Origin: an uncultured delta proteobacterium
Lineage (GTDB): Bacteria; Myxococcota_A; Polyangia; Palsa-1104
Direction: 5' to 3'
Assembly (NCBI GenBank): GCA_963785725.1
Contig: CAWAWS010000009.1
Span: 32,001 to 96,000 of the forward strand
DNA length: 64,000 nucleotides
Below the pieces are notes generated by a model that was not told the origin of the DNA, did no database searches, and saw only the letters and a program-made list of their open reading frames with translations. The position numbers were made by a program, and so were the translations under genes. Position 1 is the first letter of the stretch, and each line of letters opens with the position of its first letter. Of the stretch, positions 10,534 through 34,584 are shown piece after piece.

Positions 10534-11334
10534 TTAACCGCGCGCGAGGTGGCGCTGGGCGTGCTTGTCGAGCCGCGAGTAGAACTCGGGTCCGAAGATC
10601 TGCGTGATGACGCCCTGGCAAGCGCGATACATCGGGTCGTACTTCGGATCCTGGTCGACGAGGCAGGCGAAGACGTCTTCCTTCTGCTCGTCGTCGGACT
10701 CGTTGTCGAAGAGCGCCTCGGTGGCGTTGGCGTAAATCGTCAGCAGCAAGCGCTCTTTGCCGTCGTCATCCTCGTAATCGAGGATCGCCAGCGGCCACAA
10801 CGAGCAGCCGACCGGCTTGTACACCCACGGATCGAGCCCCTCTTCGAGACACGTCTTGTGGATGGCGCAGGCCGTGTGGCCCTTGTCGTAGACGACGAAC
10901 TGGCAGATGCCGTGATCGCGCTCGCGCATGGCGAACGAGAAGTCGGCCTGCAGCTCGAACGGCAGCTCCGAGTGATCCTGGTTGAACTCGTGATCGGGCG
11001 GCAAGCGCTTACGCACCAGCGGCAAGATCTCGAGCACCTTATCGCGATCGAGATCGCTCACCGGCACCGTGTATTTCGAGCAGCACGAGTTGTCGATGAT
11101 CGGCCGCGCGTCGTCCTTCTTGTCGTGCGGCGTCCACTGAATGCAGCGGTGCCGGTCGCACAAGAACGTCCGCTCGACGAGGCTGTCGATGTCGACGTCG
11201 ATGTTGCCGATGGTGATGAGCGAGCCGCGCGCCTTTTGCACTTCGACGTAGCGCTTGACGGGCGGCTTGCCCAGATCTTTGACGTAGAGCTTGAGCGCCT
11301 CTGATCGTTTGGGCGCCGCTTTTTGTTTGTTCAT
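10534..11334 (-). CDS. DUF3109-like cysteine-cluster protein
   Basis: FLCDRHRC, SCC, CQF, CAIHKTC and KPVGCSLWPL pattern. Confidence 0.65.
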   Translation of the reverse strand: MNKQKAAPKRSEALKLYVKDLGKPPVKRYVEVQKARGSLITIGNIDVDIDSLVERTFLCDRHRCIQWTPHDKKDDARPIIDNSCCSKYTVPVSDLDRDKVLEILPLVRKRLPPDHEFNQDHSELPFELQADFSFAMRERDHGICQFVVYDKGHTACAIHKTCLEEGLDPWVYKPVGCSLWPLAILDYEDDDGKERLLLTIYANATEALFDNESDDEQKEDVFACLVDQDPKYDPMYRACQGVITQIFGPEFYSRLDKHAQRHLARG

Positions 11335-11346
11335 GTCGCGCTTTCT

Positions 11347-23430
<12,084 letters not shown>

Positions 23431-23484
23431 GTGGCGCTATCCTCACACGTTCACAGGGGAAAAGGGCGGCCTAAAGCGGCGTCG

Positions 23485-23513
23485 GTTATAACACGCGACA
23501 CCGACCCGATCAA
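23485..23513 (-). promoter_or_regulatory. Putative sigma70 promoter of gltI/agmK
   Basis: TTGATC-N17-TATAAC with extended TG on the minus strand. Confidence 0.5.
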
Positions 23514-23637
23514 CTCGTTAAGGCGGCAAGACTACGCTGAGATTTCGGAAGTGACGAGATGAGAGCGACGGGTGAAACGGAGTGCGGCAACGCTTTGGTG
23601 TGCAACCGGCGCGCGGTAGACCAAAGCGGCGATCGAC

Positions 23638-24525
23638 CTACGGGGCGTCGAGCGCGTAGATCTCGTCGCTGGCGGCCTTCGACAGCTCGGGACCAGCCTT
23701 CGACCCGTAGCCCTTGATGAACTTGTCGAGCCACTCCTTGGCGTGCACCTTGTCGTTCAAGAGCTTGTAGGTGTGCCCGACGTTGTAATAGGCGAGATAG
23801 AGGTCCGGGTTGAGCTGCACGGCCTTCTGGAACTCTTTGATCGCCTCTTCGTACTGCTTTTGCTTCTGCAGCGCCTCGGCCAAGCCCTGGTGCGCGTCGC
23901 CGTCGGAGTCGCTGGCCAGAATCGCGTTCTGGAAGACCTGCGCCGCCTCTTTGTCGTAGTCGTTGTCGAGGTACATGTCGCCCAGCTTCAGGTACGGCTG
24001 GACGAAGCGCGGGTTGGACTCGATCGCCTTGCGATACTCGGCGTCGGCCTCGCGCAGCTTGTCCTGCGCCTGCAGCGCGATGCCCATCCGGTAGTGCGCC
24101 TTGTACAGCTTCGGGTCGAGCGACAGCGCCTTGGTGAACTCCGCCTGCGCTTCACCAATCTTCGCCGGATTGCCCAGCTTCTCCGGATGCGCCACCGGCT
24201 CCGGCGGCAGGCTCTGCTCGTACAGCGCGTTGCCGAGCTCGTAGTGCAGCGCCGGGTTGTCGGTGTCGAGCCGCGCCGCCGACGTGAAGGCGTCGGCCGC
24301 CTCCGGCCACTTGCGCATGTCCTTGTAAATGACGCCCATGTTGTAGAACGCGGCGGCATTCGTCGGATCGATCACGGTCGCCTGCTTCAGGTTCGTCAGG
24401 GCGGTGTCGAAGATCTTCTGCCGACCCGCCTCGACGCCCTTGTTCATCACTTCGATCGAGCGATTATGATCTTCATTGCAGCCCGTCGCGGCGACGAGCA
24501 TTGCAGCAGCGATGACTCGTTTCAT
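23638..24525 (-). CDS. TPR lipoprotein (295 aa; pilotin/Tgl-like architecture)
   Basis: MKRVIAAAMLVAATG-C lipobox followed by about 7 TPR motifs. Confidence 0.8.
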   Translation of the reverse strand: MKRVIAAAMLVAATGCNEDHNRSIEVMNKGVEAGRQKIFDTALTNLKQATVIDPTNAAAFYNMGVIYKDMRKWPEAADAFTSAARLDTDNPALHYELGNALYEQSLPPEPVAHPEKLGNPAKIGEAQAEFTKALSLDPKLYKAHYRMGIALQAQDKLREADAEYRKAIESNPRFVQPYLKLGDMYLDNDYDKEAAQVFQNAILASDSDGDAHQGLAEALQKQKQYEEAIKEFQKAVQLNPDLYLAYYNVGHTYKLLNDKVHAKEWLDKFIKGYGSKAGPELSKAASDEIYALDAP

Positions 24526-24572
24526 GGCGCGAACCCTATCATTTCGAGGAGGGAAGGTGAAGCGAACGAGGC

Positions 24573-27100
24573 TTATTCCGCGCCCGCGGCCTTGAGGACG
24601 AACGGATACGAGACGATGACGATACCGCCGCCTTGCGGCTTCGGGAACTCCCAGCGCTTGACGGCCTGCGCGATGCACTGCTCGACCGACGGGTTGTTCA
24701 TCGTCGAGTTGGCTGCACGATCGAAGCAATGACCTGACCGGTGCCGCTGATGGTGAACTGCACCATGACGCGACCGTAGAGGTCCTGCTTATGCATCAGC
24801 TCCTTCTCGTAGCAGAACTTCACTTCGTTCAAGTGGCGGCGAATGATGCGGCGGATGATTTCCTTGTCGAGCGAGCCGCGCACCTGCGCCGTGCCGGGAA
24901 CGACGTCGGGCGCCGAGGCGCGACGACCGCCGAGACCGCCGGCGCCGCGGCCGTAGCCGGAGCCGTTGCCGCCGCCGCCGCCCTTGCCGATGGTGCCGAG
25001 GTTGCCGAGGCCGATCGTGCCTTCACCGGTGCCGCCGCCGCCCTTGCCCGAGCCGACGAGGCCGAGGCCGCCGACGCCGTACGCTTCGCCGATCTGCGTG
25101 CCGACGAGACCACCGAGGACGTTCTCGGCGTCGTTACCGAGCGCCGTGTCGCGACCGAAGATCGACGCCAAGTGCGAGCCTTCCGTCGACTTCAAGAGGC
25201 CGATGCACGCCCGACTTCTGCGCCTGCTCTTCGGCGAGCATCTTCGCGAGGTGCGGATCCGTGTTGTCCTTCGGACCCTTGAGGCCGTAGAGACCAGACT
25301 TGTTCTTGCTGGTCTTCTTGCCCATCTTGCCTTCTTCGCCCTTGTGGCGCTTGCCCTTGCCACCGGCTTCGTCGTTCGACTTCTTCTTGAGCCACTCCGG
25401 AATCTGCTCTTCCTTCTCCTCCGGCGGCTTGATCAAGAACTGCGCGAAGCGCTTGTCGTTCATGAAGGCGTCGAGCGACAGCGACTTGGGATCGGGCGGA
25501 ATCGAGTAGACCATGAAGAGGAACAGCAGCACGGCGAGACCGGTCGCGCCGGTGTACGCCTGCGTGTTCCAATCGATCTCGAATCGGCGTCTCGTAGTGA
25601 CGCGGCGGCGGCACCGACGAGATGAGGAACGTGTTCTGCGCGAGGTCGATCTTGGCGCGGGCGTTGTTCGGAATCGCCCAGGCGTACGCGCCCGCCACTT
25701 CCGACGACGCGTGCGCGCGGCCCGACTGCGCCAGCTGCGCCAGCGACATCGTCTGACCATCGACGGTGATGTCGCCCGACATCTGGTTCGTGAAGAGCAG
25801 CTCGAAGTCGGTGCCCGTCGAGTGCACGAGCGGGAACGACGCCACCGGCAGGTACTCGGCCGGCGCGTTGAACAGCGCCTTGCCATCCGGTCCGATGGTG
25901 AAGTCGCGGGGCCCACGCTCCGAGAACAGGCGGAACAGGCCGTGGAACAGCGAGTAGATACCGGCGCCGAGCATCAACACCGCGAGGATGTCGAGGAACG
26001 GACCGTCGTGCGGCAGCACGAACTCGTTGTGCGGCTTGCCGGCCGCGTCCCACGCATCCCACGCGCGGTGAATGCCGGAGACGTCGACGAAGGCGACGAT
26101 GAAGCTGATGAACGAGATGGCGAGCGCCGCGACGCTGAAGCCGAGGAGGCCCTTGGTCGCGCCGCTGACGGTGCCGGCGGTCGGGTTCGAGAGGTGGGCG
26201 ACCTCGACGATCGCGTCCTCGAACATGGCGTTGACTTCGATGGCGCGCGAGCCGTCCTGCACTTCGACGGCCGAGGGATCGAATCCCGGAGGCGCGCCGA
26301 AACCGGCGGGCGCGCCGGCGCCACGATAGGCACCGCCGTGACCACCGGCGGGCGCCGCGTGAGCCGCGGGCGGCGCGAAAGCCGGCGCGGGCGGCGCAAA
26401 CGCAGGCGCCGGAGGCGCGAACGGCGGCGGCGGATTGTTCGGCTGCCCGAACGACTGCGCCGGCGGCGGCGCGAACGGATTGGGAGCGGCCTGCTGCGGC
26501 GGCGCAAACTGCGGCGCCGGCGGAGCGTACTGCGGCTGCGGCGGCGCATACTGCGGCTGCGGCGGCGCGAACTGCTGCTGCGGCGGTGCAAACTGCTGCG
26601 GCGGCGCGGCTGCCGGCGGCGCCGGGAAGCTCGGCGCCGGCGGCGCGGCCGGCGCCGCGAACGGCGACGGCGACGCCGACATGCCCATCACCGTCGCGCG
26701 CTGCTGCGGCGCGGGCGCGGTCTGCGGCGCCAGCTGCACCTGCGTCGGACCGTCGTCGGCCTGAGCCGCGATCGGCTCCCCGACGGCGACGACGAGCTTG
26801 GTATTGCCGAGGACGATCTCGATCACCCGACTGCAGCTTGGTCTTGTTGACCTTCTGCCCGTTGACCAGCGTGCCCTTGGTCGAGCCGAGATCGATGATG
26901 TAGATCTCGCCCGGACCCGCGATCTCGATGACCGCGTGCATGCGGCTGACCGCTTCGTCGTCAATGCGCAGGTGGCTCGACGACAGCTTGCCGACCTTGA
27001 TGATGTCTTGGGTCAGCGTCTCGGTCCGCACGTACTGATCCCCCTTGGGATCGACCTTGTAGATCTCGAAAGTCAGGGGGACGTTCACGCCGCTCGGCAT
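24573..27100 (-). CDS. gltG: Gliding protein GltG/PglI: FHA, Pro/Gln linker, TM, Gly-rich region, TonB-C (frameshifts near 26820, 25580, 25205, 24715)
   Basis: FHA (IIKVGKLSSSHLRIDDEAVSRMHAVIE); KGEEGKMGKK; GSLDKEIIRRIIRRHLNEVKFCYE; WEFPKPQGGGIVIVSYPF; downstream of gltF. Confidence 0.88.
26340..26660 (-). repeat. Degenerate 18-21 bp coding repeats (PPQQFA/PPQPQYA/PPAPAFA) in the GltG linker
   Basis: Repeated ggcggcgcXXactgc units on the + strand. Confidence 0.7.
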
Positions 27101-27118
27101 TGCCAGCTCCTAAGAGTG

Positions 27119-27382
27119 CTAGATGTCTTCAGCAGACTTGATCATCTCCGGGATGAAGTTCTCCCGGATCTTGATCAGCGACGAATGCTTGGCGCCTTTG
27201 CGCGTATCGACGAATTCACCGTCGGGCCGCACGAGGTCGCCTTCGACCGTGTCGTCATCGAAGTCGTAGACCGTCTTCGACTTGTACTGAGTCTCGCCGG
27301 CCGGCGGCGCCTGCGCCAACAAGGCGCCGGGACCAGCCAACAGCGTTGCTCCGAACACGAGAGCCATCAGTTTGCGCGACAT
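27119..27382 (-). CDS. gltF: Gliding protein GltF/CglF
   Basis: Signal peptide then YKSKTVYDFDDDTVEGDLVRPDG...KHSSLIKIRENFIPEMIKS; AGGGAGG RBS; between gltE and gltG. Confidence 0.88.
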   Translation of the reverse strand: MSRKLMALVFGATLLAGPGALLAQAPPAGETQYKSKTVYDFDDDTVEGDLVRPDGEFVDTRKGAKHSSLIKIRENFIPEMIKSAEDI

Positions 27383-27466
27383 GGTTCTAACCTCCCTAAT
27401 GGACAACGCGACTAGCGCGCGGTTCCAAAAATATTAAAGGTAGCGCACATCAGCAGATAATGCCCC

Positions 27467-28967
27467 TTACTTGCTGGGCTTTTCAGCGGCGTCGCCAGCC
27501 GGAGCGGCGCCCTTGGCGTCACCTTTGGCGTCCGCCGGAGCAGCGCCCTTGGCATCGGCCGGAGCGCCCTTCTTCGCGGCCTCCTGCTGGGCCTTCTCCT
27601 GCGCTTCCATCTCCTTCTGCTGCTTCTCCATCTGTTCCTGCATGACCTTGTTCTCGGCTTCGATCTTCTTCTGCTGCTCGAGCGCCGCGAACATGTCGTC
27701 GATGTCCTTGATGCGACGCTCGGAGTCCTTGACCTTGTCGGCGTTGGTGTTGCCGCAGCCGCGGTACTTCGAGAAGAAGTCCTTGGCCGTGTTGAGGTTG
27801 GCGTTGGCCGGGTCGCTCTTGTAGTCCTGGTAGAGCACGCCCATGTTGTACTGAATCGCGCAGTTCTTCGGGTCGAGGTCGGCCGCCTTCTTGTACCAGC
27901 TCTCCGCTTCCTCGATCTTCTTGAGGCCGCGCGACGCCACGCCCATTCCGACGGTGGCGTCGAGGTTCTTCGGGTCCAGCTTCAGGACCGCCGCGAACGC
28001 CGTCGCCGCCTTCTCGTACTGACGCGTCGACAAGCCGATGGCGCCGATGTTCAAGTGCGCCTCGACGTACTTCGGATCGAGCGACGCCGCCTGCTCGAAG
28101 TTCTTGAGCGCGACGGACATGTACTTCTTGCGCAGGTTGATGAGGCCGAGCGTGTTGTAGATCGGCGGATAGTTCTTATCGAGCTCCTTGCCTTGGTTGC
28201 AGACGAGCTCGGCCAGGTCGAGCTTGGCGCGGTCGTTCTCGGCGATCGTGTAGTAGACGAGCGCGAGCAGGCCGTAAGCCGGCAGCGAGTAGGCGTCGAT
28301 GGCGAGCGCGCGACGCAGGTTCGAAATCGCCTGCGTGTAGAGCGCGCGATCACCGGACTGCTTGCCCTGCTGATAGAGAATCGCCGCCAGGTTGTTGTAG
28401 GCCGGCGCGTTGCCGCGCGGATCCGCCTGAATGGCCTTCTCGAACCACGACTTCGCCGTCGCCGGGTTGTTCTGCTTGTAATAGAGCTCGCCGAGGTTGT
28501 TCAGCGCCGGCGAGTAGCCCGGATTCGCCGCCAACGCCGCGTTGTACTCGCTCTCCGCGCCCTTGTCGTCGTTGCACGCCTCGAGAATGGTGCCGGCGTT
28601 GAAGTGCGCCTGCGCCGCCAGCTTCGGCTCGCTGATGCGGGCGAACGCCGACGACAGCGAGCGGCAATCCTCGGCGTTCGGTGCCCGCCTTCTTCGCCGC
28701 TTCCCACTTCTTGACGGCGCCGTCGAACTCCGCCTTGACGCTGGCCGAGACCTTGGGCGGCTCCGGCTGCTTGGCGGCCGCTTGCTGCTGCTGCTGCGCC
28801 TGCTCGATCTTCTCCGAGGACGGCGGCTTGGGCGCGGTCTCGTTCTTCGCCGCTGCGGTCTGGGCCTCTTCTTCGTCGCCCTTGGTCGCGGGCTGTCCCG
28901 CCGTCGCGCAGCCGACCGCCGACGCCGCCAGCAGCGCCGACAACATGAATCCGTTGAAGCGCTTCAT
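27467..28967 (-). CDS. gltE: Gliding TPR lipoprotein GltE/AglT (frameshift near 28680)
   Basis: Lipobox SAVG-C, TPRs, coiled coil and KGAAPADA-repeat tail; between gltD and gltF. Confidence 0.82.
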
Positions 28968-31900
28968 TTACTTCGTCTCCAAAGGCTGAACCTGCGTCCG
29001 ATCCATCGTCACCGCGACGTAGCCTGGCTGCGCGCGAATCTCGGCCGCCAGCGGGTACTCGATGGGCTTGATCTGGTTGAGCTCGGCCTCGCACAGCTGC
29101 GACCACTCGTCGGAGAACGACAGCTCCGTCGACTTGTTGAGGCAGATCGAGAGACCGTCGATGGCCTTGGCCTCGATCGGCTCGGCCTGGTCGGTCAGCG
29201 CGTCGCAATACGCGTCGTGGAACATCTGGTCGAAGTCTTCCTGCGGATAGCCCTGCGGCGCCGAGCCCGCCTTCGGGACCGGAGCGGTGTAGAGCTGGCC
29301 CGAGAAGTCCTGGAAGACCTGGCCGATGCGTGCCGCGGCCGCGATGACCCAGTGCGCGTTCTTGAAGAGAATGACGTTCTGATAGATCTTCCGCGCCACC
29401 TCGAGCTGCTTGCCCTTGGCGTCGAGGTACGATTTGAACTTCTTCAGCGACTCGGCCATCTTCGCCTTCTGCGCCTTGACGCGACCGGGCGACGAGCCGT
29501 CCGGCGGCGGCGAGAAGTCGAGCTTCTCCGGGATCTGGATCTTGAGGAACTTCTCGTACTCGAGATCGCCTTCCATCATGCGCGCTTCGGCCGCCTGCGC
29601 CGTCATGTTGACGATGCGCGCGTTGCGCTCTTCCTCGTCTTTGCCCGGAACCTGCTTCTCGGCCGCGCCGCCCCTGAACAGCTTGAGCGCCTCGGCAAAG
29701 TGCGCCATCGCCTCTTTGACCAGAGCCGGCTTGCGGTCGTGGACGATGATCTTCGACTTCGTCTCCGGACCGCACTGCGGCGGCAAGCCAGCGCCCTTCT
29801 TGTGGCTCTTCTTCTTGCCCTTGGTCTTCGCCGCCTGCTTTTCGGCCGCGCGAGCCGCGCCACCGGCGCGCGTACGCTGCACTTCGATGCAGGCGCCGTT
29901 GATGCCGCCGTTCGGCAGCGGGCAGGAGTCGCGCCAGGCGATCTCGCCCAGCTTGACCTGCGCCGTGATCTGACGATCGACGCCGCCGCGCGCACCCCAG
30001 AACTTCAAGTAGTCGAGGTTGTGCTTGCGCAGCTTGTCCCAGTCTTTCTGCTGCTCGTAAATGAGGCCCTCACCGAACGCGACGCCGGCGGCCTTGTCGA
30101 CGAACTCTTTGCGACCGCCGTAATCCTTGACGTAGAGCTCGACGTCCTTGACCGACTTCTCGTTGTCGCCGAGACCACGACGATAGAATCGAGGCCGAGA
30201 AGAGCGCGGTCGGCGCGTCCTTTTCGCCGGGATACTTCTCGGCGAACTGCTCGTACTTGTCGGCCGCGAGCTCGTAAGCGGCGATGTCCTGATAGTTACG
30301 ACCGATCTGGAAGATCGCCTTCTTCGCCAGCACCGAGTCGGGGCGGACCTTGAGCAGCGCCTCGCGAGCGCCGATGGCCGAGCCGAGCAAGTGGGCGCGC
30401 TCGAAGAGGACTGCGGCCGAGTAATAGACTTCGTCGATCTTGGGATCGTTCGGGAAGTCCTGCGTCATCTTGATGTAGAGACCGGCGGCCTCTTTGAACT
30501 TGCCGTCCTTTGTCGCGAGCTCGATGCGCTTACGCGTCAGGCCCGAGGCCAGCGAGGTGCACTGGCTCGCGACGCTGGCGTCCCTCGGGGAGAAGGTCGG
30601 GCAGAACTGATCGAGCGTCGCCTGCAGCTCGTCGTACTGCTTCTTGATCGACAAGCAGTCGAACAACAGGTTGAGCGAGTAGATCGCCAGATCCGACTGC
30701 GCATGATGCTCGACGAGATCCTTGAACAGCGGGATCGCCTGATCGAAGTGGTTGTACTCGTAGTAGGTGTGCGCCTTCGTCCACTTGATCTTCGGCAGCT
30801 CGTCCGACGCCGGCACGTACTTGATGTACGTATCGAACGCCGCGATCATCTTCTGGAAGCGCTCGGGAATCGGCTTCGCCTCGAGCACCACCTCGCCCAC
30901 TTCGGTCTCGTCCTTTTCCTTGCCCTTCTTGCTCGCCTCTTTCGCCGCGGCGATCTCTTTGCTCTTCTTGACGCGCGTCTCACGCGTGTCCTCGCCCTCT
31001 TCGATCGAGAGGCAGTTCTTCCACGACAAGACCGAGGCGAACGCCGCGTCCTTGAGCCACTTGGCGTTCGGGTTCGGATCCATCTCGACGACCTTCGTGT
31101 AGACCGGCGCCGCTTCGCAGTATTTCTGGTTGTCGCCGGCCGTGCCCAGCTTCCACAGCAATTCGCCGTAGTAGTAGGTCATGACGTACGCGTCCTTCTC
31201 TTTCGGGAAGCGCGTCAGGTATTCCTTGTAGAGGTACTGAGCCAGCGCGTAGGTGTCGTTGTTGTTGGTGCGCTGCGCTTCTTTGTGCCAGACCGTCGCC
31301 AGCTCGCGCAGCGTGTTCGCCGTCGAGTCGCGGCATTCGTCGAGCATGTCCTTCTTGACGCCCGGCATGCCCTTGACCTTCTCGTAGATCGCCGAGAGGC
31401 GCTGGAGCTCCTTGACCGTGTCGGGCGCGGCGCGCGAGCCGGTATAGGCCAGCGTGTTCTTCATGACTTCGTTCTGCCAGGTGCAGACCTTGGGGCTGCT
31501 CGGCTCGAGCGTCATCAAGTTGCGATAGACCTTGATGGAGTCGGCGAACTGACCCTGGCCGTTGTAGAGCTCGCCGAGCTGCTCGAGCATCGTCATCGCG
31601 TAGTTGCCGCCGATGCGACGGAAGAAGTCCCACGCCTTCTCCGGCGTGCCGACGCGAGCGTAGGCGCGGACCGAGTCCTTCTTCGCCTCTTTCGAGAGCG
31701 CCGCCTTGCCGGCTTTGGCGCCCGGCGTGCCCGGCTTGTCGGAGAGCTCGATGACGTTGACGAACGTCGCCAACGCCTGCTTGAAGTCACCCAGGTTGAA
31801 GTAGACCCAGCCCTCGTAATACTTGGCGTAGATGAAGATCGTCGACTCGGGATACTGCAAGACCTTGTCGTAGAACTTGAGCGCGGCCTCGAGATCCTTG

Positions 31901-32580
31901 TTGTCGAAGTAGTACTGGCCGAACGCGAAGAACGCGTACGGCACGTACTTCGACTTCGGATAGTCTTTGACGAGGCGCTTGAAGTACTTGCGGGCGGCGT
32001 CGTCCTTCTTCACCTGCTGCAACAGATAGGCGAGGTAGAAGAGGACTTCGTCGGTGCGCTTGTACGAGCCGTACTTGTCGGGATGGTCGGCGACCTCGAG
32101 GTACGCCTTGACCGACGCGAACAGCCACTGGTTCTCGCGCTTCTGGAAGTCGGCCTGCTGGCCCTTCAGCTGCGACGCGAGGCCGGTGTTGCCGGAGTTG
32201 CCGGCGTCGAAGACCTTCTGGTCGAGGTCGCGCGCGCGGAAGTTGTAGTACTGGCGCTGCTCGTTATAGAGCTCGGCCATACGGAACAGGAGATCCGGCT
32301 TCTCCGGGTCGCTGTCGTTGGTGGTCTCGATGAGTCGCTGCAAGACGCGGATCTGCGCGTCGGTCACCGACTTGACCTTCTCGCCCACGCCGCCGAACAC
32401 GTCGTCGGCGCTGATGGCCGGACGGTTGCGCTCCTCGGTCTTCTTTTGCACCGGCTTCGTCACCGCGGTCTGCGTGGCGACGATGTCCGATTCCTTCTTG
32501 GTGTACTTGGCCGCCGCCGACGCCAACGAGGACGTCAGCGCAAACGACGCAAGCAATGCTCCGGAGACGATCCGCTTCAT
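28968..32580 (-). CDS. gltD: Gliding TPR protein GltD/AgmU (~1,200 aa; frameshift near 30189)
   Basis: Signal peptide; KPDLLFRMAELY, RELATVWHKEAQRT, YKEYLTRFP, HWVIAAAARIG and C-terminal AELNQIKPIEYP motifs characteristic of GltD. Confidence 0.85.
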
Positions 32581-32585
32581 ATGGA

Positions 32586-34350
32586 TTACCGCCCGCACTT
32601 GTTGGCCACTTTGAACCGGTAGAAGCCCAGCTCGTCCTTCCAATATTCACCCTTGAAAGGCCACTGCTGGTGCTCGTCGTCGATGACGATGGTGTTGTAA
32701 TTCTTCGAGTTCGGGTTGATCGAGCTCTGGTCCTGCCCGACGCCGGCCGTGAGCGCGCCCTTCTGCGCGTTCAAGGTCTCGAACTCGATCTTGATCGACT
32801 GCTTCATGAGATCCTGAATCTCCGACGCGAGACGCGTGAGGCGATTGCGCGCCAGCTGACCGGCGTCGTTCGCCGCCAGCGACTTCTGCAGCGTGAGATC
32901 TTGCAAGATGTTGCCGGCGACGGCGGTCGACTTCCACGCCGGGTCGGCCTTGTCGATCGCCTTCAGCTCGCGGTCGAGCTCGGCGACCCACTCGATGTTC
33001 TTCTGCAGCGAGCGGTCGGCCAAGGCGCCGGCGGCCGCGTGCTGCGCGCGCTCGCTCAACCCCTCGCCTTCGCCGTCGCGGATCTTGATGACGTAGTCGT
33101 AGAACTGCGCGTTGTCGGGGTACTTGGCGAGGATGGCGTCGACCTCTTTGCGCAGGTCGGGATAGACCGAGTTGAACTCGGTGATGGCTTCGGCCGAGCG
33201 GTCGTAGTTGCAGCGGTTGAAATAGATGACGGCTTTGAGGATGTACGCCTCGGGGTAGAACTCCGTCTCGAAGTAGGGCGACGTGATCGAGTGGATGTTA
33301 CCGAGCGCCTTGGAGTCGCCGTCGACCATGAAGTAGGCCCACGACGCCTCGAACAGCGACGCGCCCCAATCCGGCGACGCGCCTTCACGCGACTCCGGTC
33401 CCGGCAGCTTCTCGAAGTACTTGATCGCCTGCTGATACTGCTTGGTCGAGTAGAAGACGCGGCCGAGCGACAGGTTGGCCAGCTCCTCGGCCTCTTTGAG
33501 CGACTTCGGAACCTTGTCCGGATCGTCGTACTCCTTGACCTTGCGCAGGATGGCCTTGAACGAATCGGCGGCGATCTTGCCGTGGTACTCGCGAACGTGG
33601 GTCAGACCCTCGAGGAACTTGGCGCGCGGGTAGAACTCGCTCTTCGCGGGGACGGAGCTGAACAGCTCGACGGCCTCTTTGAAGTTGCCCTTCTGATAGT
33701 GGTAGCGGCCGAGCAGGTAATAGAGCTCGTCGCGCACCGGCTCGAGCGCCGGCTGATCGAGATCGGAGCGCGTGTACTTGCCGATCTTCTCGAGCACGCC
33801 CGCCGACTCGGGCAGGAAGCGCGACAGCGACGCCAGCCACTGCAGCGTCTTCTGCGTAGTAGCGATGATTCGGGCCCTTCTGAACGATCTTGTCGAAGTA
33901 GCTCAGCGACGCCGAGTAGTACTTCATGTTGAACAGCGTCTTGCCCATGAAGAACTCGGCGCGCTGCTTGTTGCCCTCGTCGTCGCCCGACTGGCCTTCG
34001 ACGACCTTGTTGAGCTCGATCGACGAGTTGGCGTAGTCCTCGGCGTCGTAGAGCTTGAGCGCGCGCTCCAGCACCTTCGACGGCGGTCCCGGCGGACCCG
34101 TGGGCGCGACCGCTTCGGGCGTGAAATTCATCGGCTTCTTCTTGCCGCCCGCCTTGCCCGGCTCGTCCTGATGGACCTCCTCGGGGCTGAACGTCATACC
34201 GCCGCCTCCCGAGTCGGTCGCGGCAGGCTGCGCCTCCTCCGCGGGAGCGCCCTTCTTCTTTTTCTTGGCGAACGCCGTGCCCGAGGTGACTTGCATCACC
34301 AGCAGCGGCGCGACCAAAAGGACGAATCCACGGAGCATCTTCCGAGTCAT
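32586..34350 (-). CDS. gltC: Gliding protein GltC (frameshift near 33855)
   Basis: SLFEASWAY..ALGNIHSITSPYF..YPEAYILKAVIYFNRCNY and C-terminal WPFKGEYWKDELGFY..C as in GltC/NfsC; Lys-rich N-terminus after the signal peptide. Confidence 0.88.
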
Positions 34351-34484
34351 CGAGAACCTCTCGTTGGGGTCGCGAGTTTATTCACAGCCTGACGGATAGA
34401 CAAGGAATTCCAAGTTCGTGAATAATTCACCGAGTTACTCCTACATGGCCGTTCGGTGTGGCGAGCCCTGCCATCGTCGGCGCG

Positions 34485-34514
34485 ACAATAGAAAATTAAA
34501 ATCGAACATGTCAA
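34485..34514 (-). promoter_or_regulatory. Putative sigma70 promoter of the glt operon
   Basis: TTGACA-N18-TATTGT with an AT-rich spacer. Confidence 0.55.
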
Positions 34515-34528
34515 GTCACGGATTCTCC

Positions 34529-34557
34529 TTGACGCTTGCGGCCTCGGTTGCTAGTAA
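34529..34557 (+). promoter_or_regulatory. Putative sigma70 promoter of rpsU
   Basis: TTGACG-N17-TAGTAA with extended TG. Confidence 0.5.
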
Positions 34558-34584
34558 AGGCCCTCTCTTTTTTGGAGATCGCTC

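Noticed and set aside
27490..27575. KGAAPADA repeats at the GltE C-terminus as an array
   Set aside because: Short coding low-complexity tail with no spacers; not CRISPR-like.
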